Origin: Eutreptiella sp. 'Long Island Sound 2002'
Taxonomy: Eukaryota; Protista; Euglenida
Direction: 5' to 3'
Length of the DNA: 64,000 bases
Assembly: GCA_964036045.1 (NCBI GenBank)
Contig: OZ038378.1
Span: 195,114,001-195,178,000, forward strand
How positions within the stretch are numbered: position 1 is the first letter of the stretch; every line of letters begins with the position of its first letter. Below, piece after piece: positions 12,830 to 25,134 of the stretch. Position numbers and translations under genes: made by a program. The notes under the pieces were generated by a model that was not told the DNA's origin, searched no databases, and saw only the letters and a program-made list of their open reading frames with translations.

Positions 12830-13557
12830 AGAGGTCATACATAGGTGCAGACATACATCTTGTCACAGTACCTCAAGCCGAGGGATCACGCAGGCACAAA
12901 CCGGCCCCCTTAATGCAAAGTGGAACTTGCCCAAAGGTCCACACATGCCCAGGGGCTTGCAGCCGCATTTGCACTATCCTGATGTGCCCATAGATTCGTC
13001 AAAATTGTCAGAGCATGTACAGCAGGGGGCTTGCGGAAGGGGCATGCTTCTACAAATAGGAGCAAATCGGTGAAAATGGATAATAATTCAAATATGTCAT
13101 ATTCCAATGCAGAAGAAGCTTAAAAACCATTGTTATGGAATAACAAACCTCCGCAAAAGGGCCGAAACGAGGGTTTGGGTGGTAAGCGGCATACAAAACT
13201 TTGCAATGTGTGCGCACTGCGTACACAACATTCCCTTGGCATATTGAGGGTGAACTTTGCGTTTGTGTATCTGGGACTATAGAGGTGGTGGCACAGTCTA
13301 GATGAAAGACTCATGAATGTGCAATCTGGTCGCATGCAATTTATCGACCACCATAGCATGGCATATTCAGCACAGCCCACGCATGAGACGAGCCACGCCC
13401 GATAGAGGGCTTGTGACAGAGTAACCAATTTCCCCCAATTGAAGGAAATGGAGGTGAATGGTGCCGTTGGTGATGAGAGTGACATTGTGAGTGTAAGGTC
13501 TGCAGCACATGTGTGGCTAGATAACGAGTTGGGTTGGAATAGGGAGGCAAAGTTCAC
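12830..13557 (-). pseudogene. Degenerate protein-like ORF of unknown family, probably element-derived
   Basis: One frame with few stops and protein-like composition (FNWGKLVTLSQALYRAWLVSC...HHLYSPRYTNAKFTLNM...FRPFCGGLLFHNNGF*ASSALEYDIFELL); no diagnostic motif recognised. Confidence 0.35.
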
Positions 13558-15777
13558 TTTAGGTCATGCAAATCCTCCATCTTGGATCTAGCATAGAATC
13601 ACAAGGAGAGTTGTACCATTTCCTCAGCTTCCTTCACATTGTGTATGCAAGGGTGGTTTCCACCCCTGTAAAGAAATAGGTGGCTAGCAAGTGATGCATC
13701 CACAGGTTCTCAGGGATGCATTGGACTTCATGGGGGAACGTTAGCGTGCCGGGCGCACCGGGCAAAATTTCCCCCGATTTCCCCCCGGCTCTTTTATGCC
13801 AAGCTTTGTATGACGGTATCCTTGGGGGACTCTCTATGGGGCGACTTCTTGTTTGTTCCCGTTTTAGACACCACAATATGTTTCCACATCACAACATGTA
13901 ATGCACAATATCGTGCATTACATGTGGCCCATGGGTGACCTTTTGGTAGGGTTCCTGGGCTCAAGGGGGGAGTAACTTTTGGGGTGTATAGCATTGGGAT
14001 AGATGGCTTGAGCATTGATTTGGCTGCCGGGTGTGTGAGGTGTGCACCGGGCAAACATTCCCTCCATGGCTTGCACACAGCACATTCTTTGGTTGATGTG
14101 GCTATGGGGTAACATCCCATAGGAGGGCTGTGTTGCACCATCCAATAATTCCGCCCGTGTAGCCAATTGCACGGACCACAGTGCATGCGTGCCTTTTGCA
14201 CTGCAACGCCCCCCCCCCCCCAATGTCATGAACCTAGTGTGTCCATGATGGCGTCCACCTTCAACAGTTATGGGGACATGTGGACACAGCGACTCATCAT
14301 TTGTCTCGGTGCCTTGCGATGTTGGGGACCACAACATCATGATCATCATCTGAGAGCAAAAGTGCTACCTTCTTTGGTCAGGGCACAACCCGTGTCTAGG
14401 TACACTGGGTTGAAGCACACCCCATGGAAAGTGCAAGGCTATGGTCTTCTCTCAAGATCCACCATCTGAAACTCTCTGCCGGACGGGGAGGCTTCTCATG
14501 CTATGTCTTCAAGATTTCAGTGAGGGGGCCAAACCATAAATGGGAAGAAGCTTGCCACCAAAACAGCTGGGTTGAGCGAAAACAGCCAGATTGGTTCTAA
14601 GGCTGCGACTTCATCTCCACTCTGGGGCATCCCTGCACTGCGCGCTGCGCGCTACTTGTAGACCAGATTCCTGCCCAAGAGCCCCCAGGCACGCTCCTTC
14701 CAAATGCCCACAAATTTAGGCGACCCCAACTACCCTCGCTCAACATAGTTGCTCACTACTTTCCCATCCCACAAGACATGATGCAAAATAAAGCGTTCCG
14801 TTTTGCCCCAATAATCCACCATCGACCTACAAAGGAGAACATGCAGTGAAAATGAGCAAAATAAGGGTGAAAATGGGTGAGGCCGAGTGAACATCCAGAT
14901 ATGCCATATCCTCGGTGTGAAAGAAGCATCAAAAACTTGTTATTAAACAACAATGATGCCACTAGTACCATAAAATATAGGGTTCTACTACGGCCACACA
15001 TGCAAATAGTTGCACTGCGTGCGTGCACTGAGCTAAAGGCGCCCCCTCTGCATCATGCACATCATGCAGAGGTACCCCCCAGTCCAAACAACAGAGGTAA
15101 CCCCCCAGTCCAAACAACAGCAAAAGGACCAAAAATTGCAGAAACACACCCCATGATGTTTAAACATGCTGGTGTTTGTTGTTTGCTTGCAGTACAACAG
15201 CTTTGGGGCTCGCTCTAGTCGACCCACAGGGGCTGCTCCCAGCCAACGTGTGACCCCAAGGGTTGTGCAACCGTTTTGGGGGCTGTAGGGGGGGGGGGGG
15301 TTGGTTGACCCAAATCTTGGGGGTCGGCCGGTCGGGCGGTCAGCTGCCGGGCTCCCCGGAGGCAGGGGGGGGGGGTGGGTACCCCAACACACATACCTCA
15401 AAATGATCCCTATGACGCGCTGATCATTTTGAATGGACACAATTGGGGTAAAATTTTTTTTCAAAAAAAATCGCCCATCAACTCAGGCTCCCATCAGCCA
15501 AGGTCCGACCCGGGGGTCGGAGTCAAACTCCTTTTTTGTGTTTTTCATCCATTTTTGAATTCTCCACAAAATTCTGAGTATTTTGAGTATAGACACATAG
15601 GGTCAAACAAAAAAAAATTCCCCCTGCCGTATGCCCAAAACAAAATCTCCGGCGCCCACAAAACCCATTGTTCCGTACAACCATTTTGGGGTCTGTTGAA
15701 CCCCCCCCCCCCCCGCCCACCTTGGGGTCGGGTCACGGGGGCTGGGAGCAGCCCCCATGAGTCTGCCTCCTACACTG

Positions 15778-15832
15778 CCTCCTCCTCCTCCTCCTCCTCC
15801 TCCTCTTCCTTGTCCTCCCCCTCGTCCTCCTC
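15778..15832. repeat. (CCT)n microsatellite
   Basis: Direct observation. Confidence 0.9.
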
Positions 15833-16752
15833 ATTGAACACCCTTTTACACCTTCAGTGTATATTGGTGGATAGCCTCAGTTTTTGGAACGATTATCCTA
15901 AAAACAGCCTAAAACGGTGCTCGTTTTCACCTCTAAACGGACCACCACAGCACCAGTGTGTGGAACAAGGCTCATTGAACACCCATTGTAATCATTTTAG
16001 TGTCCAATTGTTGTGAAATAGCAATGCTCATTGGAGGCACCTGCTTGACACCTCGGCGTTTATCGTGAACTTTCAGGATGCTCGTCCTGAAAACAGGCTG
16101 AAAGGGCTGTTTTGGGAGCCAAGTTGGGAAAGGTTGCTGTTTGATAAGCCTATCAATATGCCAAACCAATGGTTCAATTTTGAAACGGTCTGTTGAATAC
16201 AAAAAAATCCCGAGCGAACAAACTCATTTTTCCTCGGGTATTAGTTTGTCAGGAGGATTAACTAGGTAGATTGTGGCCTCTCACTGTACGGACCTGCACA
16301 CTGGTTGCCCCAGGATCATGTGCGTCATTTTGTCATTCCTCAGGTCTGCTTGGGGCCATCATCCCTCCACCAATTGTTGGCAGGATGGGTGGCGCAAAGC
16401 CGACTGTCCACACCGTTGGTAGACACAAAATGGAAAAGGCTTGTTTCAGAAGGCGAAAGGGACAGCGACAGTGACGGTGATTGTTTGTCGGGTTACCAGA
16501 GGGATGCCCATGCACGGAGGCGTGTGGATTTGCCCCTCTCCACTCCCTTGGCAGGCAAGGCTGGCTGTGGGGGGACGAACAGGGAGGGCGGACTACATAA
16601 ATCATCAAACAAATCCCTTGTCAAATGCAATTTACCACCAATATCACATGCAACTCATGCAAAACGACATCAATTGCTTTGATATCCACGGTAGCACAAA
16701 AAGGGTGCTGAAATCGCACTGCGCACACCGGCACGTCAGAGGATGTAACACT

Positions 16753-17007
16753 TTAGTGCAATGAATACCCTTCTTCGTTGTCGCTACGGGACTCATCCTC
16801 AGAGGAAGTGGAAGACCACTCCGAACAATCACTCTCCGGCACAACCGCGCGCTTGTTGAACATTGCCCCAGGAAAATGTTTCCAAGGCCCAAATGGTTGG
16901 TAGCGGAGGTTCCGCTTACTTACAAACTGCTGAATATGCACAACCGCGTGCACCATCCTGTGGAGGTGCTGAATGCAGTCTTCAAGGTCAAGGGCACTTT
17001 GCCTCAC
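16753..17007 (-). CDS. Possible terminal exon downstream of the eIF4E-like ORF
   Basis: VRQSALDLEDCIQHLHRMVHAVVHIQQFVSKRNLRYQPFGPWKHFPGAMFNKRAVVPESDCSEWSSTSSEDESRSDNEEGYSLH* is protein-like and on the same strand ~120 bp past the ORF; no convincing canonical splice join found. Confidence 0.3.
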   Translation of the reverse strand: MRQSALDLEDCIQHLHRMVHAVVHIQQFVSKRNLRYQPFGPWKHFPGAMFNKRAVVPESDCSEWSSTSSEDESRSDNEEGYSLH

Positions 17008-17123
17008 CCCAACTATACAATTATGTGAAGGGGTGTTCAGCCCTGCCCCTCATAAAACTGTGGCCATCATTATATTGGGCACACCATTGGGGAGGTTTCC
17101 TTTTTTGGGTTTGGGGTGCGGGA

Positions 17124-18329
17124 TCACACCGTGGGCATGTCCTGGAAACCCCCCTTTGAGGAGAACGACTTCTCCTTTTTTGTACTGTTGTGCATATGCA
17201 TGCATCCATCGACCCACACTTCCATAAAGCCATGAGGACATGCACGGCACCGCTCTGCGGTGGCTTGCAGCCGCTTTCTCACAGCGTCTGCTGCTTCTGC
17301 AACCCAGTCTTCTGAGTACCGAGACCTGCTCATCATCAGGCGCCTCATGGCATCATCCTCGAGCACGTTGTGGACAATCGAAAGCGTGGCAGGCACCTGA
17401 GGACTCGATGCCTCCGTTTGTCGGACATCCTGTACACATTCTTCAACGGCCTGCTCCAGGATACACTCGTCATGGGACAGCGATGACAGCCGTGAACCGC
17501 GTGCTCGGTCATTGGCGTTGGAAGTGGAGGACTGACTGCTGTATCCCAGGGATCTACCAGACGCAGCCGTGTCAGGTTCGCTACCATCACTCGAGAACGA
17601 TGCTTCATTGGGCAAATCCCAAGGGGTGATTCCCATGTTGCCTGCATTGTTGACTGCGGGCATCATCACTGGAAGTGGTGGCGGTACCTTCAGGATCCCG
17701 ATGGCGTCTCTAGGGTTTGGGCCTTGTGGTTGCTGGATGGGCTGTGGTGGCGCACACAGTGCAGCGTGCTTCTTCTGAATGGAGGTCAGCAGCGACGCAA
17801 TGGGGCAGAACACACAGGACAAGATGAAGCCATCCAATTCTTTCGTGAACCACTCCTGAACGTCGGCCACCACCTGCTTGGCCCTGCTGCCAACCCACAC
17901 CTTCAGACCACAACTCGTCCCCTTTTTGGCAAATGTTACCCCATTCACTGCCACGTGGGTCGGGAGGTGCCCCAGGACCAAGGAACCGCACAGCGCTGTG
18001 AACGCATCCGCAGCACAACTTGTGGCTTGAAACGTCAGCTTAAAGAGACCGCCATTCCGATTCAAAGGATCGTCGTACTCTGGGGTGATTCCCTTGCGAA
18101 AGATGTGCAGACTGCCGTTCTGTGGGGTCTGGGCCATGTGGATGATTACGCTTGCTTGGTACGCGCCCCATGAGGTGACGCGGTTCAATTGCACCAGCTC
18201 AGTACGCTGCGACGACTTTCGGCGTCTATTCTTCACAATCACCACCTCGTAGTTGTCTCTCCAGAAACAGTACTCTTGTGCCAACATGGGGTCACTGGCC
18301 ATGGAATCCGTGGCTGAGCGAGTCGACAT
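17124..18329 (-). CDS. eIF4E: Divergent eIF4E-family cap-binding protein with long P/Q/S-rich C-terminal extension
   Basis: Aligns by eye with eIF4E: LAQEYCFW (W43/W46 region), SLHIFRKGITPEYDDPLNRNGGLFKL (FKxGIxPxWEDxxNxxGG), VNGVTFAKKGTSCGLKVW (W166). First plausible ATG at 18329 (401 aa); the true 3' end may be spliced. Confidence 0.85.
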   Translation of the reverse strand: MSTRSATDSMASDPMLAQEYCFWRDNYEVVIVKNRRRKSSQRTELVQLNRVTSWGAYQASVIIHMAQTPQNGSLHIFRKGITPEYDDPLNRNGGLFKLTFQATSCAADAFTALCGSLVLGHLPTHVAVNGVTFAKKGTSCGLKVWVGSRAKQVVADVQEWFTKELDGFILSCVFCPIASLLTSIQKKHAALCAPPQPIQQPQGPNPRDAIGILKVPPPLPVMMPAVNNAGNMGITPWDLPNEASFSSDGSEPDTAASGRSLGYSSQSSTSNANDRARGSRLSSLSHDECILEQAVEECVQDVRQTEASSPQVPATLSIVHNVLEDDAMRRLMMSRSRYSEDWVAEAADAVRKRLQATAERCRACPHGFMEVWVDGCMHMHNSTKKEKSFSSKGGFQDMPTV

Positions 18330-19559
18330 TTGTGCGTCAAGAAATAAGCTCTTATGAGAACTGGACACAACATGTGCAAATGTTGTGCAGCAACTTCGTT
18401 CAACCCACAATTGCATGCAACACGCAAAAAACATCGCTTGCATTTGGGTTCTGCCTCAGGGATATGCTGAACCAGCCACGGTCTCCTGTACTAGTACTAC
18501 ATGTGCATTTGGCTCTTGTGCTGGTTGGGACTCGACTTTGGGGGGCCAGATCTTGCGCGTTTATACTGGAGAAAATACCCGAGAGAGGTGGTTGTCACCT
18601 CGCAGCATGATGATTCCCTGGGTGCTCGGTCAAAGGGTTTGAGTGCACTTCCAAAGTCGCTAGTGGTGTGACCCATGATACATTCGACAACACATCGATG
18701 CGTCAAAAGCAACAATGCATGGCTGCAACCACATGGCAGGTGCGAAAAAATGACGGTCCCAAGACGTGGCGCTTAGACAAGGCGGGCCTTGCGCGTGACA
18801 CAAAAGCCTTATCCCGCTTGAGGGTCTCTGGGGAGCTTGAAAACCTCGTATCAGACTGTGCACATAACTGTGTAGGAAAAGCCCCGAACAGTAACCCCCC
18901 CCTTGTCTGAGCCACGCTTCATCTCAGCCCCATGTCTACATGGACAGCTATTCTTTGGGTCCCACATTCATGCGGTACCAAGTGAAATGCAGCCACGTGG
19001 GGGAGACCTTGTGTGGAATGTTCCGAACAGGTGGGGCTGTGGACAAATGGTTTGTGCACCGGTGAGTCCTTTCCACATGCTACGTCTATCTCTGTGGGTC
19101 TTGTTCAGGCTATGGCTTAGTGTGGTGGACACCCCCCCCCCAGTGGGGGGAGGTCAAAAGGCAAAAAACAGTTTCTGTACCTAAATTGCCGGCCTCTTGA
19201 ATAAAATTTTTTCTGATGTGGGTGGTTGTGTGGGCGAGGCTGGCCAGGGCCCCAAACGACCCCGCTCCCCCTCCCTGGGGTCACTGAGCAACAGCCTAGT
19301 CTTGTTACCCTTGTTTCATGCAGAGGACCATACCAACATCTCTTTGTGAGCCTGGCAGAGCTTGTGCACATGAGTGGACTTGCAGGTGTGGCTGGAGACC
19401 GGCGGACATTGCAGCCCATTTGCAACCCAATGCCACCCATTTGGACCCACGGGTGAGGTAAGACCCTGCCGTTTCCAAAACCTGCCATCATCCATCATGA
19501 CCCCACCCTACCCCCGTGCACGCACTACCCCCTTGCACCGTACCCAAGCATTGGACTAG

Positions 19560-19900
19560 GCCCAAACTTGAGGCTCCCACTGAGAACTCGTGCTGGGTGT
19601 GTCTCATACCTCAAACACATCCCAGGGAACCCTCAAACACATCCCACAAACAGGGAGTCCTTGCATTGTGCTACTGCGTGCTACTTTAGACTTGGTGCAA
19701 CAAAGCGCTCACACATCCTCATCATCACCCACAACATCCTCAACATCATAGTCCTCCTGTGCATGTGCGGCCCATACATGTGCAGTTTGAGTTTGCTCAC
19801 TGGACCACTGCTATCTCTCAACGTATTGGAACTTGCTTCTGACATGGCAATGTAGCGCACAATCCAAATGCAGACGGTTTCTAATGGCCTCAAATCCTGT
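19560..19900 (-). pseudogene. Possible distant third copy of the Harbinger-type C-terminus
   Basis: AHVWAAHAQEDYDVEDVVGDDEDV*ALCC..CGMC parallels PHVWTD..EDEVEVCALCC at 56520-56880. Confidence 0.3.
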
Positions 19901-20699
19901 TTGCCGGACAATTCGGAGCAATGCAACACAAGAATACAGAAATGACTTGAGACACCGTGGCGAGAAATCAACCTAGAAAGGATTACATGCGGGGGAATGA
20001 GCAAGCAATGTGTGACAAAGGGTGAAAATAGGTGGTATTGGGTGAAAACCCAAATATGCCATATCCCCGATGCGGAAGAAGCATCAAAAACCTGTTGTCA
20101 AACACCAACGATGCCCCTAGTATCACAAAATATGGGTTCTAGGAGGGCCACACAGCCAAATAGTTGCACTGCGCGTGCACTGCATGCACTGTGCCAAGGG
20201 CGCCCCCCACCCCAGCCTACCCCACCCACCCCACCCACCCCTCTGGAAATGGGGGGAGGATTTCATGAGGATGGACCAAATCAATGCCCTTACCCCCTCC
20301 ATGGAGGTGAGGGCTCACGGGGAGTCCTTGCACTACACGCACACTGCGCTGGTCACAAGGCTTGAGCACACGTCAGCACAAGAAAATCCTTGTCAGCGGT
20401 ACCATAGGCACCTTTTGGCACTGCAGCAACGAACCATCCAGTCAACGCCGCACCTACGGAGCCCCCTCCTCCCGAAGAGCCCTGGACACACCCTTTCCAA
20501 ATGCCCTCAAAATTAGGCCTGGGCTACCCTAGTTGGACACAGTTGGACCTACCTTCCCTTCTCATAAGACTTCATGCGAAATGGCCTGAAGCCCACCGCC
20601 CAACAGACGCTGTGTTCATCCCCCCCAAGGCCCCCGCTCCCATATCTCCTGCCCAGATGTGCGATGGCGGTGTCAGTGATTCATCCGCACAGTGCATTG

Positions 20700-22900
20700 C
20701 CCAGTCACGCTGGGCTGGGGAATGTGGCTCTCTCCGTCCCCCACCCCGAGAGGGCCCCTTGGCAGACAGCTTGGGAAAGGGGTGGGACTAGGGAGGGGAG
20801 AAGGCACCTGATGAGCAAACAGTGAAGCATACTTTCTGGTGCAGACAAGAGGATCCAATACCCGTCAACACAGGGAGTCCCTGTTGTTTACCAGAACCCT
20901 CGGTCACCCACACAGGGTGGGGCACAGGAGGTTGCATCTGCAAGTCCGTTTCGGGCATTTTCGAAGCAGCCCTGGCACACAGAGCTGGGGCATGGGCGCA
21001 ATCGGACCCCTCAAGCGATGAACAATGATTGATTAACGGACTGGTTCGGTCCCAGGATTACCCCAAACCTCATTTTCCCAGTGCAATGCACCACTTCACT
21101 GTCGAGAGCACAAATCGAAACATATCCCAATTGACGACGTGTTGGCTGTGAACGGTGTGTGGCTCCGGGCCTTCGGTTGGTGTCACAGCACTGCAGCAGG
21201 GATGATGCAGCCACTTGGACTCCTTCCTGCTCTGTTTTCCCAAGCCGCTAAGCTCACAACCTCTGGGTCAAAGGCAACCAGTGCAATCGTGCACAATTGC
21301 ATTCACATCATTCTTCAGTCCAGTGGCCTGCAACCTCAGGTCCACCCATGCAAACACGGTATTGTTTACTCATGACGACCAGGTGATACCATTGTGTTCC
21401 CTCTTGTGGGTAATGCCCACTGTGCGCAACAGCAAACGGATGACGTATGATGGCTTCGCTACCAAGATGCGTAACCCGCAGGTAGTCTGGTGGTTGGTGT
21501 TTGGATGCATGTTGAGGAGGGCGACGGTCCAGGATGATGATTCCACAATCCGATGGCTGCAGACTTCTGAAACAAATCTCAGGCAGACCAGAACTAGCAT
21601 CAACGTTGCGATTGACTCGATGCTTGGCACTCTTGACAAAAAAAGTGGGGCATTGCGCCGTGATGTAGCCAGTGGTCGCGAATTACCTTCTCCGAAAGAG
21701 GGAGAGTCACCTCAAAAATGCCAATCTGGCCCAGGGTCACCCTGAAGAAGGACATTCAAGTGCGCTGTGCAATCATGAAAATCGCCCTGAACGGAGGTCC
21801 CATTGGTAGTTTTAGGTGCCTGCATATTGTTCATCACTGGTGCGGGTGCCAGTCCTGTACTCCCAAAACAGCAAGAGGCTCAAGAGATTAGAACTAGAAG
21901 ATTGAGGACCCCATCCCAATCATCTCCTTGTGGACCTCCTCCTCTTCTTCGTGTGTCATGTACAAAATTCTGGGGTCTTTTGACAGACCGGAATGTGAGC
22001 TCCACCTCCACACCCATCGCCATGCGCAGAGACGGATCCCCTATGGATGGCCCCCCATGCGCCTTTCTTGGTTCTGTCCTCCATGTGCCCCCCATGTGCC
22101 CACCTCCTCGGGGCGGCGCTCTGGGACATGCAGAATGATGTCCTTCGGCATTCCCCTCTGTGCGCCCCAACAGTGCAATGAAAAGCTTCATTAACCCGTT
22201 TCGGAGCATACCTGGCAGCGGCTCCCACCCACCGCCCACCCATCCACCGCCACCAGCACCCACCCATCCAGTCACCCACCCTGCCTACATTAGAAGAGCA
22301 AGGCAACCCCCCCCCGCCCCCCTCGCCCTTTCGTGCGCCGAGCCTGCGCTTTCCCTTTCCCGCACTGTCCAACCTAGCGGTGTTTATACCCGACAGTAAT
22401 CGCTCGGAAGGCGTTCTGCCAACCCTCTTCGAACCCCCTCCGAACCGCTCCTGTTCCCACTGTGGGCCCCCTCTCCTTGCAATGCATCCCTCCATCCACT
22501 GTCCACCTCTCCCCAGTGGGGTAAGGTCAGGCTTCCCCCTGCGCATGGCCTGGCGGCATCACGAAGGGATGCCTCAAGGGGCGGGCCAGGGGGCAAATGC
22601 CCTGCCGCGTTGGTCCAGGGCAACTTGGCCGGGTCCCTGGTTCCGACTCGCGGGGTCGCTGACTAGGGACGGCCGCGTGTTCCTTCCGGGTTGCCCCTTG
22701 TCAGGCGCCAGTAGCGTGACAGCCGAACGACATGAAATCTCGGAGTCGTCACGGGGCACCAGCTTCGATATGCTCTGCGTGACGTTCACAGCCTCTCAGG
22801 CGTGAGGGAGCACGTGCTATGGGTCCAGCCAAGAGCGCAGTAGAGAGTGGCCGTATGCCGATACCTTCGTTCGCCCCACGGCAACCTGACAGACACCGCA
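20700..22900 (-). mobile_element. Degenerate Ty3/gypsy LTR retrotransposon internal region (RNase H, integrase, possible gag knuckle)
   Basis: GEGNSRPLATSRR...SIESIATL (RNase H RPIAxxSR region); THKREHNGITW...GLKNDVNAIVHDCTGC (HHCC integrase finger); CSSNVGRVGDWMGGC (decayed knuckle, ~22300). RT apparently deleted, many stops, no LTRs identified. Confidence 0.55.
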
Positions 22901-23109
22901 GAGCAATGGCACGCCGCGCAGCACACGCGCTGTGCATGCAAAAGGGGAACTGCATGACAACTCCATGGGTGGATGGGTGGATGGGCGGGTGGGGGTGGGG
23001 GGTCATGTGACGGCCACACCACATAAATGCCCCCAGGGTGCGTACACATGCACGTGCGACCAACCCAGGGAGCAAAACAACTACAACGCCACACTACCGC
23101 AGAAATTGG

Positions 23110-23470
23110 AAATTCTATTGCCTTCGGCAAGGCACCTCGAAGAGAGGCTGACAGTCAGCCTATCAGTCAGTCAGTCAGGCAAGCAGTCAGTCAGGCAGTC
23201 GGTCGGGCAAGCAGGCAGGCAGACAGGCAGGCAGAAACATACAGTTTGGCTTTTTTTCCGTTGTTACATCTACAAACAGTGGGGGTCCATAGGTACGCCA
23301 GACCAATAGGTGATCGAGTGGTAGAACACTCGCATTCAGACTCAAAGGTCGTCGATTCGAATCCCGACTGGCGATCGCCGGCGCGGGTCGATCAAGCCAT
23401 TGTTCTTTTTCACCCGACCCATGTTCAAATCCTCCTAAGCACAAACTTTTGACCCCCCCCCGCCCCCTGC
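23110..23470 (+). repeat. tRNA-related SINE-like repeat, copy 1
   Basis: Begins aattctattgccttcggca, has a (CAGT)n/(CAGG)n tract, A-box-like TGATCGAGTGG and B-box GATTCGAATCC (23303-23372), ends aacttttgaccccc; homologous to 25135-25545. Confidence 0.55.
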
Positions 23471-24318
23471 TCTAAAATGTGACATTCAGTTTCAGGGGGA
23501 TCTCGGTATCTGGAAGCGGCCAACCGTCTGCCCCAGGCTGCCCTTGGCGGACCAGGAACGGAGCCAGTGCGCTTGAACAGAAAATGCAGCACCCAAGGGC
23601 ACCGAACCAACGGCACTGGGCCACTGACGAATAGAGGGGGTCAACTACCGTTGGAGGCCGACCACGGCAGCCGCTCGGCGAGGTCGCCGTGATCAATGGG
23701 TATATGACCAAACGTGGCCAGTGACCAGTAACCGTTGGCCATTCACCGCCGTCGGTTGGTCAGTAACCGTCAGTGCGGGAGGCGGTACTTATATTCAAAA
23801 AAAAAAAAAAGCAAGAAATGTGGCTGCCAACGGACGACTGCACGCACCATTGCCACTGCAGATGCAAGCGTCCATTACAGGGGCAGAGTGGCGATCAACG
23901 CAGAGATGCGGTGTAGAGCACTGGAGCGAGGCAACTGGGGGGGGAGGGTTGCATTTGCTTTCTGGACCCCAACGACCGCGGCGTGAGCCCGGGGGTCCAA
24001 AGGGGAAGCTCCGAAGGTCGAAATTGCGTGCAGGGGTTTGGGGGGGCATTTGTGAGCTCCCCGCTTCGCCACGAATACAGACCCGCCCCTCACTTGTTGT
24101 GGTCAAAAGCAAAATCCAAATCAATCCCGGAATCGCTGACGCGGCTCCCCCGGATCAGAGGCACCACTGCGCTCTCGAAACAAATGCTCCTCCCCATGCC
24201 CCATTGGCGTAGGCTTGGGGGTCCGGAGGGGGTGGGGTCTGGCCCCGCACGGAAATGCCCCCGGTGGAGGCGACACAGTGTGTCTTGACTTGCAGAGGAC
24301 CGCGGCACGGTGTCCCTA

Positions 24319-24430
24319 CAGGGAGGGGGAAATTTTCGCACCAGGGATTTTTCGCACGAGAAAATTTCGCACCGGATTTATTTTGCACAGTGGCCTGAAA
24401 ATCCCGCGGGAAATTTCGCACTTTTCCAGG
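24319..24430 (+). mobile_element. Isolated end of a pogo-family element
   Basis: TA|CAGGGAGGGGGAAATTTTCGCACC followed by repeated AAATTTCGCAC motifs like those at the ends of 31581-34315; the motif block recurs at ~25055-25125. Confidence 0.5.
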
Positions 24431-24570
24431 ATTGTATTGTTTATTACTGGGCATTACGTGCATCGCAGTGCCAAATTCCGGCGGGTTCCAGGATTGTTTT
24501 GCGAAGTTCCAGGAGCTTCCAGGATTGCATTCTTCACTTTCAGGGGCTTCCTGCATGACCTGGATCTCAT

Positions 24571-24652
24571 CCTCCCCGATCCTCCCCGCATCCTCCCCGA
24601 TCCTCCCCGCATCCTCCCCGCATCCTCCCCGCATCCTCCCCGATCCTCCCCA
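24571..24652. repeat. 10-11 bp minisatellite (CCTCCCCG(C)AT)n
   Basis: About eight tandem units. Confidence 0.9.
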
Positions 24653-25134
24653 CGATGTTAGCACCAGTCTTGCAGTGGTAAGCCTAATGGGAAAAATTTT
24701 TTCCTGCACAAGCAAAACCTCCCACCCTTACATGTCACCACAGTTGATTGAAAAACAGACAGACAGTGCTGCAAAAAATGCAACCTTGAGGTAATGCACT
24801 CCTCAGTACGGCAAAAGTGCATCTTTATTCTCTATGCCATACCTGGTTGAACCTCAGAAGACTCAGTGACTGACAGACAGCGATATCATATCAGGCATCC
24901 CTGATAGTCACAGCAGCCAGTCAGTACTCTGACACCGCATCAAGAATTGAAAATTTGTGCATAATTGAGAAACTCAAAAGTGAGGGTAAAGAGAAACAGA
25001 GTGGGGAGTGGGACACACACAGCATCCCTGGTGCAATTCTGGCGAATCCCCAGTGGGTAAATTTCGCAACGGGTTTGTTTCGCACAGTGGCCTGAAAATT
25101 GAGCGGGAAATTTCGCACACATTTGAAATACGAA

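Noticed and set aside
23303-23372. Functional tRNA gene
   Set aside because: A and B boxes are present, but the anticodon and T stems do not pair properly and the sequence is embedded in a dispersed repeat.
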